Shown one piece after another: positions 8,556 through 18,707 of a DNA stretch of 64,000 nucleotides (the first letter of the stretch is position 1; each line of letters opens with the position of its first letter). The DNA comes from a virus. The stretch covers positions 32,001-96,000 of the IMG/VR virus record IMGVR_UViG_3300022188_000007; one strand, given 5' to 3'. The notes under the pieces were generated by a model. The model was not told the DNA's origin and searched no databases. It saw only the letters and a program-made list of their open reading frames with translations. Position numbers and translations under genes: made by a program.

Positions 8556-9125
8556 ATGAATACAGAACAAAGATTAGAGGTGTTTAAAGCAGAATTAGCA
8601 GCTATTTCAGATAATAGGGTAAGAGAGTTTACTAAATTATGTTTGGCTGAAGGTCCAGACTATTTTTTTACTGATTGTCCTGCTAGTACTACCGGTAAAT
8701 ATCACCCGCTAAATGAGATTAGTTGGGATGGTACTATGATTCATACGAAGAAAGTTTTTAATATTGCTTATACTTTATCTAGAGGTTTGGGTATAGAATA
8801 TAATAGAGACCCAATACTATGTGCTTGTATAGTACATGACTTGGTAAAAAAAGGGTTAAAAGGTTCCCCATGGGCCCAAAAAAATCATCCTCAATTAGCT
8901 GCTGGTCTTGTAGACCAGATACAGAAGGATACCCAGTTATTAACGCAAGAGGAATTTGATATAGTGTATAATAGTATATATTATCATTATGGTCCATGGA
9001 CTACTAGAGCGGTATCAAAGCCCATGAGCGAGTATTCGTTAGAAGAATTGTGCTTATATGTTAGTGATTATGTGGCCTCTAAAAGATTTGTAGAGGTGCA
9101 GTATAAGGATGTAACCCATGAGTAG
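8556..9125 (+). CDS. HD-domain phosphohydrolase
   Basis: PASTTGKYHP, HTKKV, VHDLVK, NHP, HYGPW and SDY give the HD-superfamily H...HD...D arrangement. Confidence 0.82.
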   Translation: MNTEQRLEVFKAELAAISDNRVREFTKLCLAEGPDYFFTDCPASTTGKYHPLNEISWDGTMIHTKKVFNIAYTLSRGLGIEYNRDPILCACIVHDLVKKGLKGSPWAQKNHPQLAAGLVDQIQKDTQLLTQEEFDIVYNSIYYHYGPWTTRAVSKPMSEYSLEELCLYVSDYVASKRFVEVQYKDVTHE

Positions 9126-9519
9126 TAGTACTAAATATTTAGATGACTTCTTGTTAGATGGTAAAGGCCAGATAACTAAAGATGTGATGGATACAATTAA
9201 AGATTATTGTGGTTTATTTGCGTTCATAATGACTATATGCAATGATACAGAATTATCGGAGCAAGCTAAGGTAGCATTAATCAGAAACATAATCGAGTCT
9301 TCTTTAAAATTTATGGATAGGCGCTACGCAGCTAATTTAAATTTATATAAAAAACAAGTTACTGAAAATTTAAAGTCTGGTAAGCTTTTTGAAGCCCTAT
9401 CTGAGATTCCTGCTAAAATGCAGGAAGATTATGAGATGGGTATAGAAGGGGCCCGCAATTTTATTTATACAGAAGTACGTGACATTTTAAAAATTTTAAA
9501 GATTGATTTAGAAATATAA
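9118..9519 (+). CDS. Hypothetical protein
   Basis: Overlaps the HD gene stop; 133 aa. Confidence 0.6.
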   Translation: MSSSTKYLDDFLLDGKGQITKDVMDTIKDYCGLFAFIMTICNDTELSEQAKVALIRNIIESSLKFMDRRYAANLNLYKKQVTENLKSGKLFEALSEIPAKMQEDYEMGIEGARNFIYTEVRDILKILKIDLEI

Positions 9520-9531
9520 GAGGAGACGTTT

Positions 9532-9831
9532 ATGTCAATAGATAATCATTTTGGAAGTTTAGGTACTGGAGAATTACGACCAGGGGAAACACCTCGTAGA
9601 TGGGAACCTGAAAGTGGGGTAAATAAATTAAATCAAAGAATACACAAGGAGAGTAAGTTTGCCGATACTCATAAGAATTTACCTTTTTCCTTTAGGAAAC
9701 CACCTAAAGCTAAAGGTAGGTCCTCTTTAATTAAGTGCGATAATTGTGGTACAGTGACTTATGGCACTACCCTTACTGTAGGCATTATATGTAAGCAATG
9801 TAATAAATTTTCATCAGTGTCGGAGGTATAG
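9532..9831 (+). CDS. Zn-ribbon hypothetical protein
   Basis: GAGGAG RBS. CDNC...CKQC. Confidence 0.65.
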   Translation: MSIDNHFGSLGTGELRPGETPRRWEPESGVNKLNQRIHKESKFADTHKNLPFSFRKPPKAKGRSSLIKCDNCGTVTYGTTLTVGIICKQCNKFSSVSEV

Positions 9832-9832
9832 T

Positions 9833-10270
9833 TTGAAAGTTAACACTGTTAAACAGGGTAGAAAAGGAAGGCCAATTGGTTTTAGGCTTAGTGAGGCCAG
9901 TAAACGTGCAATAAGTGAGGCCAAGAAAGGGCAAAGACATAAGGAAACAACTAAAAATAAAATATCTAGATCATTACAGAATTATTTTAGGAAGAAAAAT
10001 CCACTGTCTGAAGAAATAATTAATACCTATTGTAGAGTATCCGATGATGTTATGTGTGAATGGTTGTGTGAAGTCACCGAGGAGTTGGATAATAGTAGAG
10101 ATGTATTAACCCAGAGGGCTATGTTTAATAAACTCAGGATGGAGATCTCCTATGGGCATAATATAGAGGAGATTTTTAGTCACGCTATTACTCCAGAACT
10201 ACTTTTAATGGCCAAAGAAGCTTTACAATTAAAAGAAGGTAAAGATAATTTTGAGGAGGATTTAGAGTAA
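9833..10270 (+). CDS. NUMOD3-motif DNA-binding protein with no visible nuclease domain
   Basis: LSEASKRAISEAKKGQRHKETTKNKISRSL contains two NUMOD3-like units. Confidence 0.6.
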   Translation: MKVNTVKQGRKGRPIGFRLSEASKRAISEAKKGQRHKETTKNKISRSLQNYFRKKNPLSEEIINTYCRVSDDVMCEWLCEVTEELDNSRDVLTQRAMFNKLRMEISYGHNIEEIFSHAITPELLLMAKEALQLKEGKDNFEEDLE

Positions 10271-10797
10271 TGGGTGGAACAGGGAGTGGAAAACCTAAAA
10301 AACCAGTCATCAAAAAATTAATAAAAGAAATTATACCTACAGACAAGATTTTTTCAAAAGATGAGGCTCAGATGTATGAAGACTATATGGAAGCCTACTT
10401 GGCAGATTTCGATGCAGACGAATTAATTTCTAGTGATATGGACGACATTATGAATTTGTCCCTTAATAAGGTATTATCTTTTAGACTGCTGAAGGAAAGT
10501 AAGGATGACACTGATCGTCAAATAGATATAGCAGCTACTTTAGAGAAACTAGATAAACGTAATGAGAAAATAAAGGAAAGTTTATCTACTAGAAGACGGG
10601 ATAGAATAAACCCTAACGAGTTAAAGGGATTTTCTATAGTAGACATAGCAGTAGCTTTTGATCAGGAAGCAAAAAATGTCCAAGCTAAACGTATGCTTAA
10701 GTTGAGAAAGGAAGAAAAAGAAATGTTGAAAAAAAGAGAGTCTTACGAGGGTAATAGAAATGATGTCGAAGAGAATAGAAGAGGTGAAGATGATTAA
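10270..10797 (+). CDS. Putative terminase small subunit
   Basis: Translationally coupled (TAATG) directly upstream of TerL. N-terminus MGGTGSGKPKK; helical. Confidence 0.5.
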   Translation: MGGTGSGKPKKPVIKKLIKEIIPTDKIFSKDEAQMYEDYMEAYLADFDADELISSDMDDIMNLSLNKVLSFRLLKESKDDTDRQIDIAATLEKLDKRNEKIKESLSTRRRDRINPNELKGFSIVDIAVAFDQEAKNVQAKRMLKLRKEEKEMLKKRESYEGNRNDVEENRRGEDD

Positions 10798-12542
10798 TGG
10801 CTAAACAACGCCACAATTTAGATGAATTAATGACACGAGGTAAAGAACTCATTGAGTTCTATAGAGCCCATCCTTGTGTAGCTGCTTATGAGTTGCTAGG
10901 TGTGGATTTCGCCCCCATACAGCGCTTGGTTTTTAGAGATATGTGGTTTAAAAACTATGTTATAGCAGTAGCTGGTCGTGGGTTTGGTAAAACTTTTATG
11001 CTGGGGTCTTTAGCTACATTAAGTTGTATGCTATATCCTGGCTATAGAGTAGGACTAATAGCACCAGTATTTAGACAGAGTAAGATGATCTTTGCAGAAG
11101 TAGAAAAATTATATGACCAGTCCTCTATCCTTAGAGAAGCCACCGCAAAAAAACCTACGCGTGGTTCAGACACAGCCTATTTAAGATTTAAATCAGTGGG
11201 AGGTAAAACACCTTCCTACCTTGAAGCGTTGCCTCTAGGTGACGGTAATAAGATTCGTGGGTCACGTTTCTATTTAATTCTAGTGGATGAGTTAGCACAA
11301 GTACCAGACCAAACACTTGATATGGTTGTGCGTCCAATGGGGGCTACATCGTTAGCACCTATGGAGCGTGTTCGTCGTTTAGAGGAGCAGACCAGACTTA
11401 TAAACGCTGGGTTAGCTGTGGCTGGAGACTTTGCAGAAGAAAAAGTAAATAAAATGGTAATGACTTCTTCCGGTTATTACAAGTTTAATCATATGTGGCG
11501 TAGAATGCAAGATCATTGGAGAATGATGGCAGAGGCAGAAGCTAAAGGTGAAGAGAGTGAGTATACTGTATGGCAAGTACCTTATTGGGATTTACCAGAA
11601 GGTTTTCTAGATAAAAAGAATATTGCAGAAGCTAAACGTATCATGAGTACCCATGAATATAGTATGGAGTATGAAGCTGCTATGGTATCAGATTCTGAAG
11701 GTTTTTTTAAAGCGTCACTCCTGGAAGAATGCACATTAGATTCTGATTTCACTATACTACATAAAGGTGACTCAAATAAGAGTTATATTATAGGCATTGA
11801 TCCTAATCAAGGTGGAGCGGCCAGCTGTGGTGTGGTAGTGACTGAGATAGGTAAACCTAATAAGATAGTAAGTGTAATAGAATTGATGTCTAAAACCACT
11901 CAAGGATTGACTCAGGCTGTTCAGGCTTTATGTGAACAGTTTAAGGTGCTTAGAATATTCATGGATAGAGGTGGTGGAGGTAAGGCCATAATGGATTTAT
12001 TGGAAGAAGGGTACGGTAATGTAGAGCCTATCATAGATAGGGGGAATCCTGATAACGTACACAAAGACGGTCGTCATATACTGGAAATGGTAAACTTTAA
12101 TCCTTCTTGGATTTCAGATGCTAACTTTACTGCTAAGTCTATGTTCGAAGATAAAAGCCTCAGGTTCCCAGAATTACCTGTTAATGCTAATGATTTAATG
12201 GCTAGAACTTATAATTCAATAATTACGCTGAAATCACAGCTATTAAGTATAGTAGTAACTCAGACTGCTACTGGTATTCTTCACTTCGATACACCAACTA
12301 AAAGTATGAATAAGGATTTATACTCTGCATTAATATTAGCTGCTCATGGTACTAGGATGGTAGAACGTGAATTAGAAGAAGGTGAGGAGCCAATTTTACA
12401 TAACGATAGTGGTCTTTTTAGAAACCGTTCAGGTCGCCAAAGCTTCAATTATTTAGGAGCCTTGGGAAGTACTGGATTAGGTGCTCCTCCTGTAGGAAGA
12501 TTTGGCTTAGGGGATGCTGTACTTCATAAGAAGAAAAAGTAA
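10797..12542 (+). CDS. terL: Terminase large subunit
   Basis: Walker A AGRGFGKT, IAPVFRQS, KIRGSR, Walker B ILVDE, motif III MTSS, MEYEA, RNase H-like GIDP and KDLYSA. Confidence 0.93.
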   Translation: MAKQRHNLDELMTRGKELIEFYRAHPCVAAYELLGVDFAPIQRLVFRDMWFKNYVIAVAGRGFGKTFMLGSLATLSCMLYPGYRVGLIAPVFRQSKMIFAEVEKLYDQSSILREATAKKPTRGSDTAYLRFKSVGGKTPSYLEALPLGDGNKIRGSRFYLILVDELAQVPDQTLDMVVRPMGATSLAPMERVRRLEEQTRLINAGLAVAGDFAEEKVNKMVMTSSGYYKFNHMWRRMQDHWRMMAEAEAKGEESEYTVWQVPYWDLPEGFLDKKNIAEAKRIMSTHEYSMEYEAAMVSDSEGFFKASLLEECTLDSDFTILHKGDSNKSYIIGIDPNQGGAASCGVVVTEIGKPNKIVSVIELMSKTTQGLTQAVQALCEQFKVLRIFMDRGGGGKAIMDLLEEGYGNVEPIIDRGNPDNVHKDGRHILEMVNFNPSWISDANFTAKSMFEDKSLRFPELPVNANDLMARTYNSIITLKSQLLSIVVTQTATGILHFDTPTKSMNKDLYSALILAAHGTRMVERELEEGEEPILHNDSGLFRNRSGRQSFNYLGALGSTGLGAPPVGRFGLGDAVLHKKKK

Positions 12543-12582
12543 TTAACTAACCTCTTTATTAAATAGAGCGTTTAGAATAGAA

Positions 12583-12651
12583 TATGGTAGGGTTACAGTT
12601 AGTAGTGATGAAAATTAAGTTAAAGTCTACAAACACTGTTCCCCTACCATA
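12583..12651 (+). other. Long imperfect stem-loop in the leader of the portal operon
   Basis: TATGGTAGGGTTACAGT (12583-12599) pairs with ACTGTTCCCCTACCATA (12635-12651) at 15 of 17 positions. Inner GTAG/CTAC helix. Confidence 0.6.
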
Positions 12652-12676
12652 ATATATATAAAAGGAGAAATAAACT

Positions 12677-12880
12677 ATGTCCGACGATAGAGTAAGAAAT
12701 GATTTTACTACACCTCCTTGGTGGACAACTCCCCCCTCAAATGATTATACCAAACATAGAACCGGTCCTATTACTTACACAATGGATGATCTTATTGGTA
12801 GAAAAGATACTAATAAATTTACACTGGTTACTTCTGATGTCACTACTGTATCAGGCAACCCAGGGACAGTTCTAATATAA
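12677..12880 (+). CDS. Small hypothetical protein, possibly virion
   Basis: AAGGAG RBS. Lies between TerL and portal. Confidence 0.65.
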   Translation: MSDDRVRNDFTTPPWWTTPPSNDYTKHRTGPITYTMDDLIGRKDTNKFTLVTSDVTTVSGNPGTVLI

Positions 12881-12891
12881 GGGATTAAGTA

Positions 12892-14883
12892 ATGACAAAC
12901 GATACCATAGACACACATAAACTTACAGCTGATTTACAGCAGAAATACCCTAATGCTGGGATAGAGTCTATAGAGATAGATGAAGTCTCAGGTAAGTCAA
13001 CTTTCATGCTCACTCCTAATAAACAGAATTTAGCTTTTCTGGATAAACCTGGGATGGCTATCACACCACACGTTCATTCTGAATCAGCTGCTACCGTTAA
13101 TAGGGATTTTATGTCCCGTCAAACACTCGATTTAGCCGTCAGTAAAAGTGCCTATGATGAAGACCCTAAAGCATTATTTAAGAAGGCAGATGAATTTTAC
13201 TATACTGACCCTTTACTAGGGTCTACTACTAATATTCTAGCATCGTTAGCTATGAAAGGTTTTGAAAATGATATTGATGATCCTAATATAAAACAATTCT
13301 TTGATACTTGGACGTTTGATGTCAATTTTGATGAGTTATTAGAGTGGATATTTTTAGACTTTTTTAAGATAGGGCAAGTTACTACTTATAAGGTATTAGC
13401 TAAATATGAACCAAGGGTTTCTCATCTATCTCCAGTCCCCGGCCAAAAAACAAAAACATCTAAATCACCGAAGGCAAAAGCAGAACAAGAGAGGTTATTT
13501 AAATTACACGCAAAGTTTGAAGACCTAAAAGATGTAGAGGTTAAGGCTATAGTGGCACAAGCAAAAGCTGCTGGAGTATCTCAAGTAGATTTAGCTAAAT
13601 TTGAGCAGGCAGCAAAGAAGAATATATGGTCAAAAGGACATTTACCTGTGGCGTACACAGTATTGAATCCTCAATTAGTTACTATTGAAGGTAATTTATT
13701 ATTTGATAATGTAGCAATTAAGTTAACCCCTCCTCAAGAACTAGGTCAATTACTTAAGAAACCCACATCAGAGTTAACAGAAGATGAAAAAGAATTGATC
13801 AAAGCATTACCTAAAGAAATCAAGTCGGCTGCTGAGAAGGGCGGAGATTTTCAGTTAGACTCAAGATTGGTAGGTTCAGTCACTTATAGAAAGCAACCCT
13901 ATGAGCGTTATGCTAGACCTAGATCAACTAGAGTATTTGATACCATTAATTACAAGCAGCAATTAAAGAATGCAGACATTAGTACATTAGATGGTATATC
14001 TAATTATATATTAAAAATTACTATAGGTAATGATGAGTTCCCAGTAACTAAACAGTCTGAATTAGAAACTGTGGCTAAACTTTTTGACACCCCATCCAAA
14101 TCATTTGATGTAGTATGGAATCATACATTAGATATACAGAAGATAGTTTCTCCTGAGATAGAGTCTATCCTAGGTCAAGATAAGTATAAACAAGTTAATG
14201 AAGATATGACTGCTGGTACTGCAGTATCTAGAGCTATTATAGATGGCTCTGGTGACATAAATACTGCTGAAGTAGGGCTACTTACTAAAGGTATAATGGA
14301 GGAAATTAACTATGCTAGACGTCAAGTAGAGAAGTGGATTTACAAAGAATACCGCCAGATTGCTGAGGCAATGGGTTTTGATCGCTTCCCTAAAATTAGA
14401 TGGGATGAGAGCGTTTTAAAGGACGAAGTGCTCTATATGGCAACTCTGAGTTCATTAGTTGATAGAAGAATGCTTAGTTATAATACAGCTTTGGAGGCAC
14501 TGGGGTTCGATTATGAAACAGAGCTTAAAAATATGCAGACTGAGTTACCACTAGTAGAGGATGGAATTTTTGGAATCATAGGATCGCCGTTTCAAAAGGC
14601 TGCTGAAGGTCCTGGGGTTCAACCTAAACAGAAATCACCTACTGGTACACCTAGTAAGGGTAGACCAGCTGGAGAAACAAAAACAAAGAAGAAACCAAAT
14701 ACCAATCCAAGTAAACAGCCTGGAAGTAAACCAGCAAAACCAAAAAAGACTGCCTCTATTGAGGATGTAAAAGATATGACTAATGAACAATACGCTGCAT
14801 TTCTTAGCGGAGCAAGAGGTGTACTAGATGCCAAAGAATACGCTAATTTTCTAGATTCAATGGGGGAGATTAGGTATGGGTAA
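12892..14883 (+). CDS. Portal protein
   Basis: 663 aa, between TerL and the protease. Portal-like segments (YYTDPLLGSTTNILA, VLNPQLV, ILKITIG, PKIRW, DYETELK) and a basic Pro-rich tail. Confidence 0.8.
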   Translation: MTNDTIDTHKLTADLQQKYPNAGIESIEIDEVSGKSTFMLTPNKQNLAFLDKPGMAITPHVHSESAATVNRDFMSRQTLDLAVSKSAYDEDPKALFKKADEFYYTDPLLGSTTNILASLAMKGFENDIDDPNIKQFFDTWTFDVNFDELLEWIFLDFFKIGQVTTYKVLAKYEPRVSHLSPVPGQKTKTSKSPKAKAEQERLFKLHAKFEDLKDVEVKAIVAQAKAAGVSQVDLAKFEQAAKKNIWSKGHLPVAYTVLNPQLVTIEGNLLFDNVAIKLTPPQELGQLLKKPTSELTEDEKELIKALPKEIKSAAEKGGDFQLDSRLVGSVTYRKQPYERYARPRSTRVFDTINYKQQLKNADISTLDGISNYILKITIGNDEFPVTKQSELETVAKLFDTPSKSFDVVWNHTLDIQKIVSPEIESILGQDKYKQVNEDMTAGTAVSRAIIDGSGDINTAEVGLLTKGIMEEINYARRQVEKWIYKEYRQIAEAMGFDRFPKIRWDESVLKDEVLYMATLSSLVDRRMLSYNTALEALGFDYETELKNMQTELPLVEDGIFGIIGSPFQKAAEGPGVQPKQKSPTGTPSKGRPAGETKTKKKPNTNPSKQPGSKPAKPKKTASIEDVKDMTNEQYAAFLSGARGVLDAKEYANFLDSMGEIRYG

Positions 14884-15577
14884 AAAACTTTCATATGAAT
14901 TTGTCAAATCACGGTTCGAGATTGAAGGTTACACACTTATTAGTACAGAGTACATAAATTCTACTACTAAATTGGAATTTATTTGTCCTAATGAGCATAA
15001 ACATTTTATTAAGTGGAATGATTTTAAATCAGGATATAGATGCGGTAAATGTTATGGTAATGTAAAATTGAGTATAAACGATATACGAAGTTCATTTAAA
15101 AAAGAAGGTTATACTCTTTTAAGTACTGTTTATACTAATGCTAGGTTTTATCTTGAATATAAATGTCCTAATGGGCACAAGGGAAAAATGATTTGGATAA
15201 ATTGGTATCAAGGGAATAGATGTGGTGAGTGTGAGAAGATTAGAAAATCAGAAAGCATGATTGGTAGTATGAATTTTAATTGGAGAGGTGGAATAGCTTA
15301 TGCGCCATATTGTTCCCAGTGGGGAGACAAAGAGTATAAAAAATTTATTAGAGATAGAGATGGTAATAGGTGTTTAAATCCTTGTTGTAATAACAAAGAT
15401 AAAAGATTAGTTATTCATCATATAGATTACAATAAAAAGAATTGTAGACCAAGTAATTTAATAACAGTTTGTAGTTCGTGTAATACTAAAGCTAATTTTA
15501 ATAGAAAGTGGCATGTTGCCTGGTACCAATCTATTATTAAAAAAAGATATAATATAGGAGCAATAAATGGATATTAA
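14876..15577 (+). CDS. HNH homing endonuclease 1 with two N-terminal Zn-binding repeats
   Basis: Repeat EGYTLxSxxY...CPNxH...W...GxRCxxC occurs twice. C-terminal IRDRDGNRC...IHHIDYNKKNC..NLITVCSSCN. Confidence 0.88.
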   Translation: MGKKLSYEFVKSRFEIEGYTLISTEYINSTTKLEFICPNEHKHFIKWNDFKSGYRCGKCYGNVKLSINDIRSSFKKEGYTLLSTVYTNARFYLEYKCPNGHKGKMIWINWYQGNRCGECEKIRKSESMIGSMNFNWRGGIAYAPYCSQWGDKEYKKFIRDRDGNRCLNPCCNNKDKRLVIHHIDYNKKNCRPSNLITVCSSCNTKANFNRKWHVAWYQSIIKKRYNIGAINGY

Positions 15578-16682
15578 AAATAAATTTTATTTAACAGCCA
15601 GTATTAAAATGGCAGAAGAAACGGAAGCTTTAAAAAAAGAGGTAGCATCTGTAATAAATCTTCCAGAGGGTAGCGAAAAACAACCTGATTTAAGTTATTT
15701 TTCTGCTATCTTAGTATCCACCGGCACTAATTTAAATAATGCCTGCTTTTTAGGTAGTGAGTTGGTAGCTGCTAAGGATACTATAATTAGTAAAGCTATG
15801 GATGTAGAACATATTGAACATGAAATTATAGGACATATTTATTCTAGTGCTTTTACTGATGATGGTGGGGAAGCTTTAAGTACCATAGAATTAGCTTCTA
15901 CAGAGACAGCTACTTTGGATACAAAAGATATGCATATTCAGATAGGCTCTATTATATATAAAAGTAGATTTCCTGAATTATCCAAAGAAATAGCTAATGA
16001 TGAGTGGAGTGTAAGTATGGAGTGTTTTTTTAAGGACTTCGATGTTAAGATAGGTGACATGATCATCCCTAAAGAAGCAGCAACGGTTTTAGGAATAGAG
16101 ATAGCAGACGAAGCATCATACGGTAAATTTGCAAAAGTAATTAAAGACGGGAAAGAAGTAGCAGAAGGTACTATAGCTAGAGTATTAAGAGGGATATGTT
16201 TTTCAGGTTGCGGTATTGTAAAGAATCCAGCTAACCCTCCATCAGTTATTCTAGAAACAGCTACAGAGACTGTTAAGGACGACACAGTCATCTTTAATTT
16301 AGACTTACTAGAACCTACTACCACTGAGGAAGATACAGCTGAAAGTATTAATGTAACCTCTAAAGAGATAGAAGCACAACAAAAAGAAGAATCAGATTTA
16401 GAATATAATGACTCAGTAGGAATATGTGTGAGTTATAAAAAACGTCTTGAAGATAAAGATGGTACTTTATTGAATGAGGAATGGTGTGCAGAGTTTTCAC
16501 AAAGCTGCACTTCAACATTTCTAGGTGACGCTTCTGACCAAAGTTGTCTCAGAAATAAGGTAATGAAAACTGCAGCTTCATACGTTGAAAAACTTTTTAA
16601 AAGTAAACATTCAGAAAATACTACGGTAGCTTATCTGGAACGTTTACAGTCCGCTTTAGATAAAGCAGACAAAGTAATTTAA
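15567..16682 (+). CDS. Putative prohead (capsid maturation) protease
   Basis: After the portal. NLNNACF, MDVEH...IIGHI, SVSMEC, FSGCGIVKNPANP resemble phage prohead serine proteases. Confidence 0.7.
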   Translation: MDIKNKFYLTASIKMAEETEALKKEVASVINLPEGSEKQPDLSYFSAILVSTGTNLNNACFLGSELVAAKDTIISKAMDVEHIEHEIIGHIYSSAFTDDGGEALSTIELASTETATLDTKDMHIQIGSIIYKSRFPELSKEIANDEWSVSMECFFKDFDVKIGDMIIPKEAATVLGIEIADEASYGKFAKVIKDGKEVAEGTIARVLRGICFSGCGIVKNPANPPSVILETATETVKDDTVIFNLDLLEPTTTEEDTAESINVTSKEIEAQQKEESDLEYNDSVGICVSYKKRLEDKDGTLLNEEWCAEFSQSCTSTFLGDASDQSCLRNKVMKTAASYVEKLFKSKHSENTTVAYLERLQSALDKADKVI

Positions 16683-16706
16683 TTATTAGAATAAGGAGGA
16701 GTTAAT

Positions 16707-17132
16707 ATGCCACAATTAGGACAGGCTCAAACAGGGTCTCTTAGAAGTACACCTAAACAGCTAAAGATGACAGCATCTGACAAGGCTGCCGCAGTATACA
16801 AGAATATGGGCAATAACCATAATGTACCATTTATTTGGTCTGCATCGGCTACTGTATCTGGCACAGCCACAGAAGTAGAATTGGCTAATGGGCTTAAATT
16901 CTACGACATGGATCTTGCAAGTTACGCTGTTGTTACGGTGACTCCAACGTCTGACCCAGGTGATACTTATTGGGTAGAACATGATACAGGAGCCAATACT
17001 ATTACATTAGTAGTTGGCTCTGCTGTACCTGCGGATGTTGAATTTAATGTTATGTTTATGCTGGGTGCACCTATTGATGTAAGTACACTAAGCACTAGAG
17101 GATCTGGCGCACCTGCGCAAAGTTATCCTTAA
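16707..17132 (+). CDS. Putative minor head or virion protein
   Basis: Strong AAGGAGG RBS, inside the head module, beta-rich. Confidence 0.55.
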   Translation: MPQLGQAQTGSLRSTPKQLKMTASDKAAAVYKNMGNNHNVPFIWSASATVSGTATEVELANGLKFYDMDLASYAVVTVTPTSDPGDTYWVEHDTGANTITLVVGSAVPADVEFNVMFMLGAPIDVSTLSTRGSGAPAQSYP

Positions 17133-17251
17133 ATAACGATTTAAAATGAATTAGTTAACGGTAAAGGATTTTAATTTGAATTAACCAGGTTGGTAACCTA
17201 AGAAGAAGAAAAATAACAATATTTTAATTATATAAGGAGGAAAACCTTACT

Positions 17252-17986
17252 ATGGAAGACGCATTAAAGCAAGACATTGAAAATTTAGTCAAAAACATCT
17301 TCTCTAATAAAGAGGAAGCTAGTCAAATGCAGAGAACACAAGATGCTCTTAATGAATCGGCAGAGACTATTGAAAGACTTACTCAGAACCTAGAAGATTC
17401 TAAGACAGAACTATCAGCAGCCAAGGATTCTACGAAAGAAGAAGTGGCTGAAAAAGATTCTAAGATTTCCGAACTTACTACTGAGCTAGAGGCAGCCCAG
17501 GCAAAGTTGGAAGAAACAGAGGCCAGTTTAACTGCTTCTGAAGAATCTTTGGACAATATGAAAAAAGACCAACTAGCAGAAGCTAGAATGGCCGAACTCC
17601 AAGAAGCTAAAGTAGCTATGGGGAGTGACCTGGAATCTCAAACAGCTAAAGTGAGAGAGTTTTCAGATGAAGAGTTCGCTACTTACAAGACTGATCGAAT
17701 TGAACTTCGTGATGCTGTAAAGAAAGAACTAGAGGCTGCAGCAACGGTTGCGGCTACTGAAACAAATACTGAAGGTGAAGAAGGAACAACTACTACTGAA
17801 GAAGCCGGTGAAGGAACCGTTTCTACTGAAGAAGAAGTTACTACAACCCCTGCAGAAGTAGCACCTGGCCAGGCAATGGCCGCTGCTATGAATTTTGAAA
17901 ATAAACCCTCAGATGATATGGTAAGTAAATATGAAGCAATGGGTAAAGCCATGGCTGCTAGTTTGTCACCTAAGTCTGATAATTAA
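17252..17986 (+). CDS. Putative capsid scaffolding protein
   Basis: Acidic coiled coil between the protease and capsid genes. AAGGAGG RBS. Confidence 0.65.
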   Translation: MEDALKQDIENLVKNIFSNKEEASQMQRTQDALNESAETIERLTQNLEDSKTELSAAKDSTKEEVAEKDSKISELTTELEAAQAKLEETEASLTASEESLDNMKKDQLAEARMAELQEAKVAMGSDLESQTAKVREFSDEEFATYKTDRIELRDAVKKELEAAATVAATETNTEGEEGTTTTEEAGEGTVSTEEEVTTTPAEVAPGQAMAAAMNFENKPSDDMVSKYEAMGKAMAASLSPKSDN

Positions 17987-18004
17987 TAAGGAGGAAGAAA
18001 AGGT

Positions 18005-18634
18005 ATGTTTATTCCTAGACATTCAGTTGTAGAAAACCAATTTTGTAGCTATTCGGAAGATAATGCATTTGGCGGAGCCGGAACCGGCGACGTTGTTGCA
18101 TATGCGGGTTCAGTAATTTATCTAGACCCAACCGCAGCTAACGAGGAACCAATGGTTAAGGCAATGACAGGTGTTGTTACTGAAGCCCCTTTTGGTTTCA
18201 TGATGCAGAAAGTTAAGGTAGGGTACCATAATGTACATCCTACTGGATTTGTTATGCCAGGTGATTTGGGTTCTAGTGATGCTATTGCTCAACCATTATA
18301 TAGCGCTCAGGGTGCTATTGTAGGGCATAAGTCTGTACCAGTTGGCGTTGCTCATCTTGGTATTTTTGACACTGTTCACTATATCTGCGAAGCTACTGGT
18401 GGAACTGCTGATGAGAAAATGGCCCCAGGCCAGTCTCTATATGCAGGAGCTTTTCAGGCTAGAGTTACTAACTCTACTAACTCTACTCCAGCTACAGATG
18501 CTACCGGTCAGACCGGTGATAGAGCATCTAATACTGTTGTAGCTCGCGTTGTTAAAGGCGCAAGTTTGGCAAAATGCCAGGCTAATATGGATAATGTTAC
18601 ACTTTACCCAATTAGGGTAAAATTACTTGTTTGA
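18005..18634 (+). CDS. Putative capsid decoration or cement protein
   Basis: Gly/Ala-rich beta protein directly upstream of the major capsid gene. Confidence 0.55.
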   Translation: MFIPRHSVVENQFCSYSEDNAFGGAGTGDVVAYAGSVIYLDPTAANEEPMVKAMTGVVTEAPFGFMMQKVKVGYHNVHPTGFVMPGDLGSSDAIAQPLYSAQGAIVGHKSVPVGVAHLGIFDTVHYICEATGGTADEKMAPGQSLYAGAFQARVTNSTNSTPATDATGQTGDRASNTVVARVVKGASLAKCQANMDNVTLYPIRVKLLV

Positions 18635-18707
18635 TAAAAAAAATATTTGGATTAATGTGAATTTTAACACATCCAAAACTAATAAATATTAGGAGGAAAT
18701 ATATATA

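Noticed and set aside
14876-15577. Group I intron or intein housing the HNH genes
   Set aside because: Flanking genes look complete and abut the HNH ORFs, leaving no room for an intron core. No intein motifs were seen in TerL or portal.
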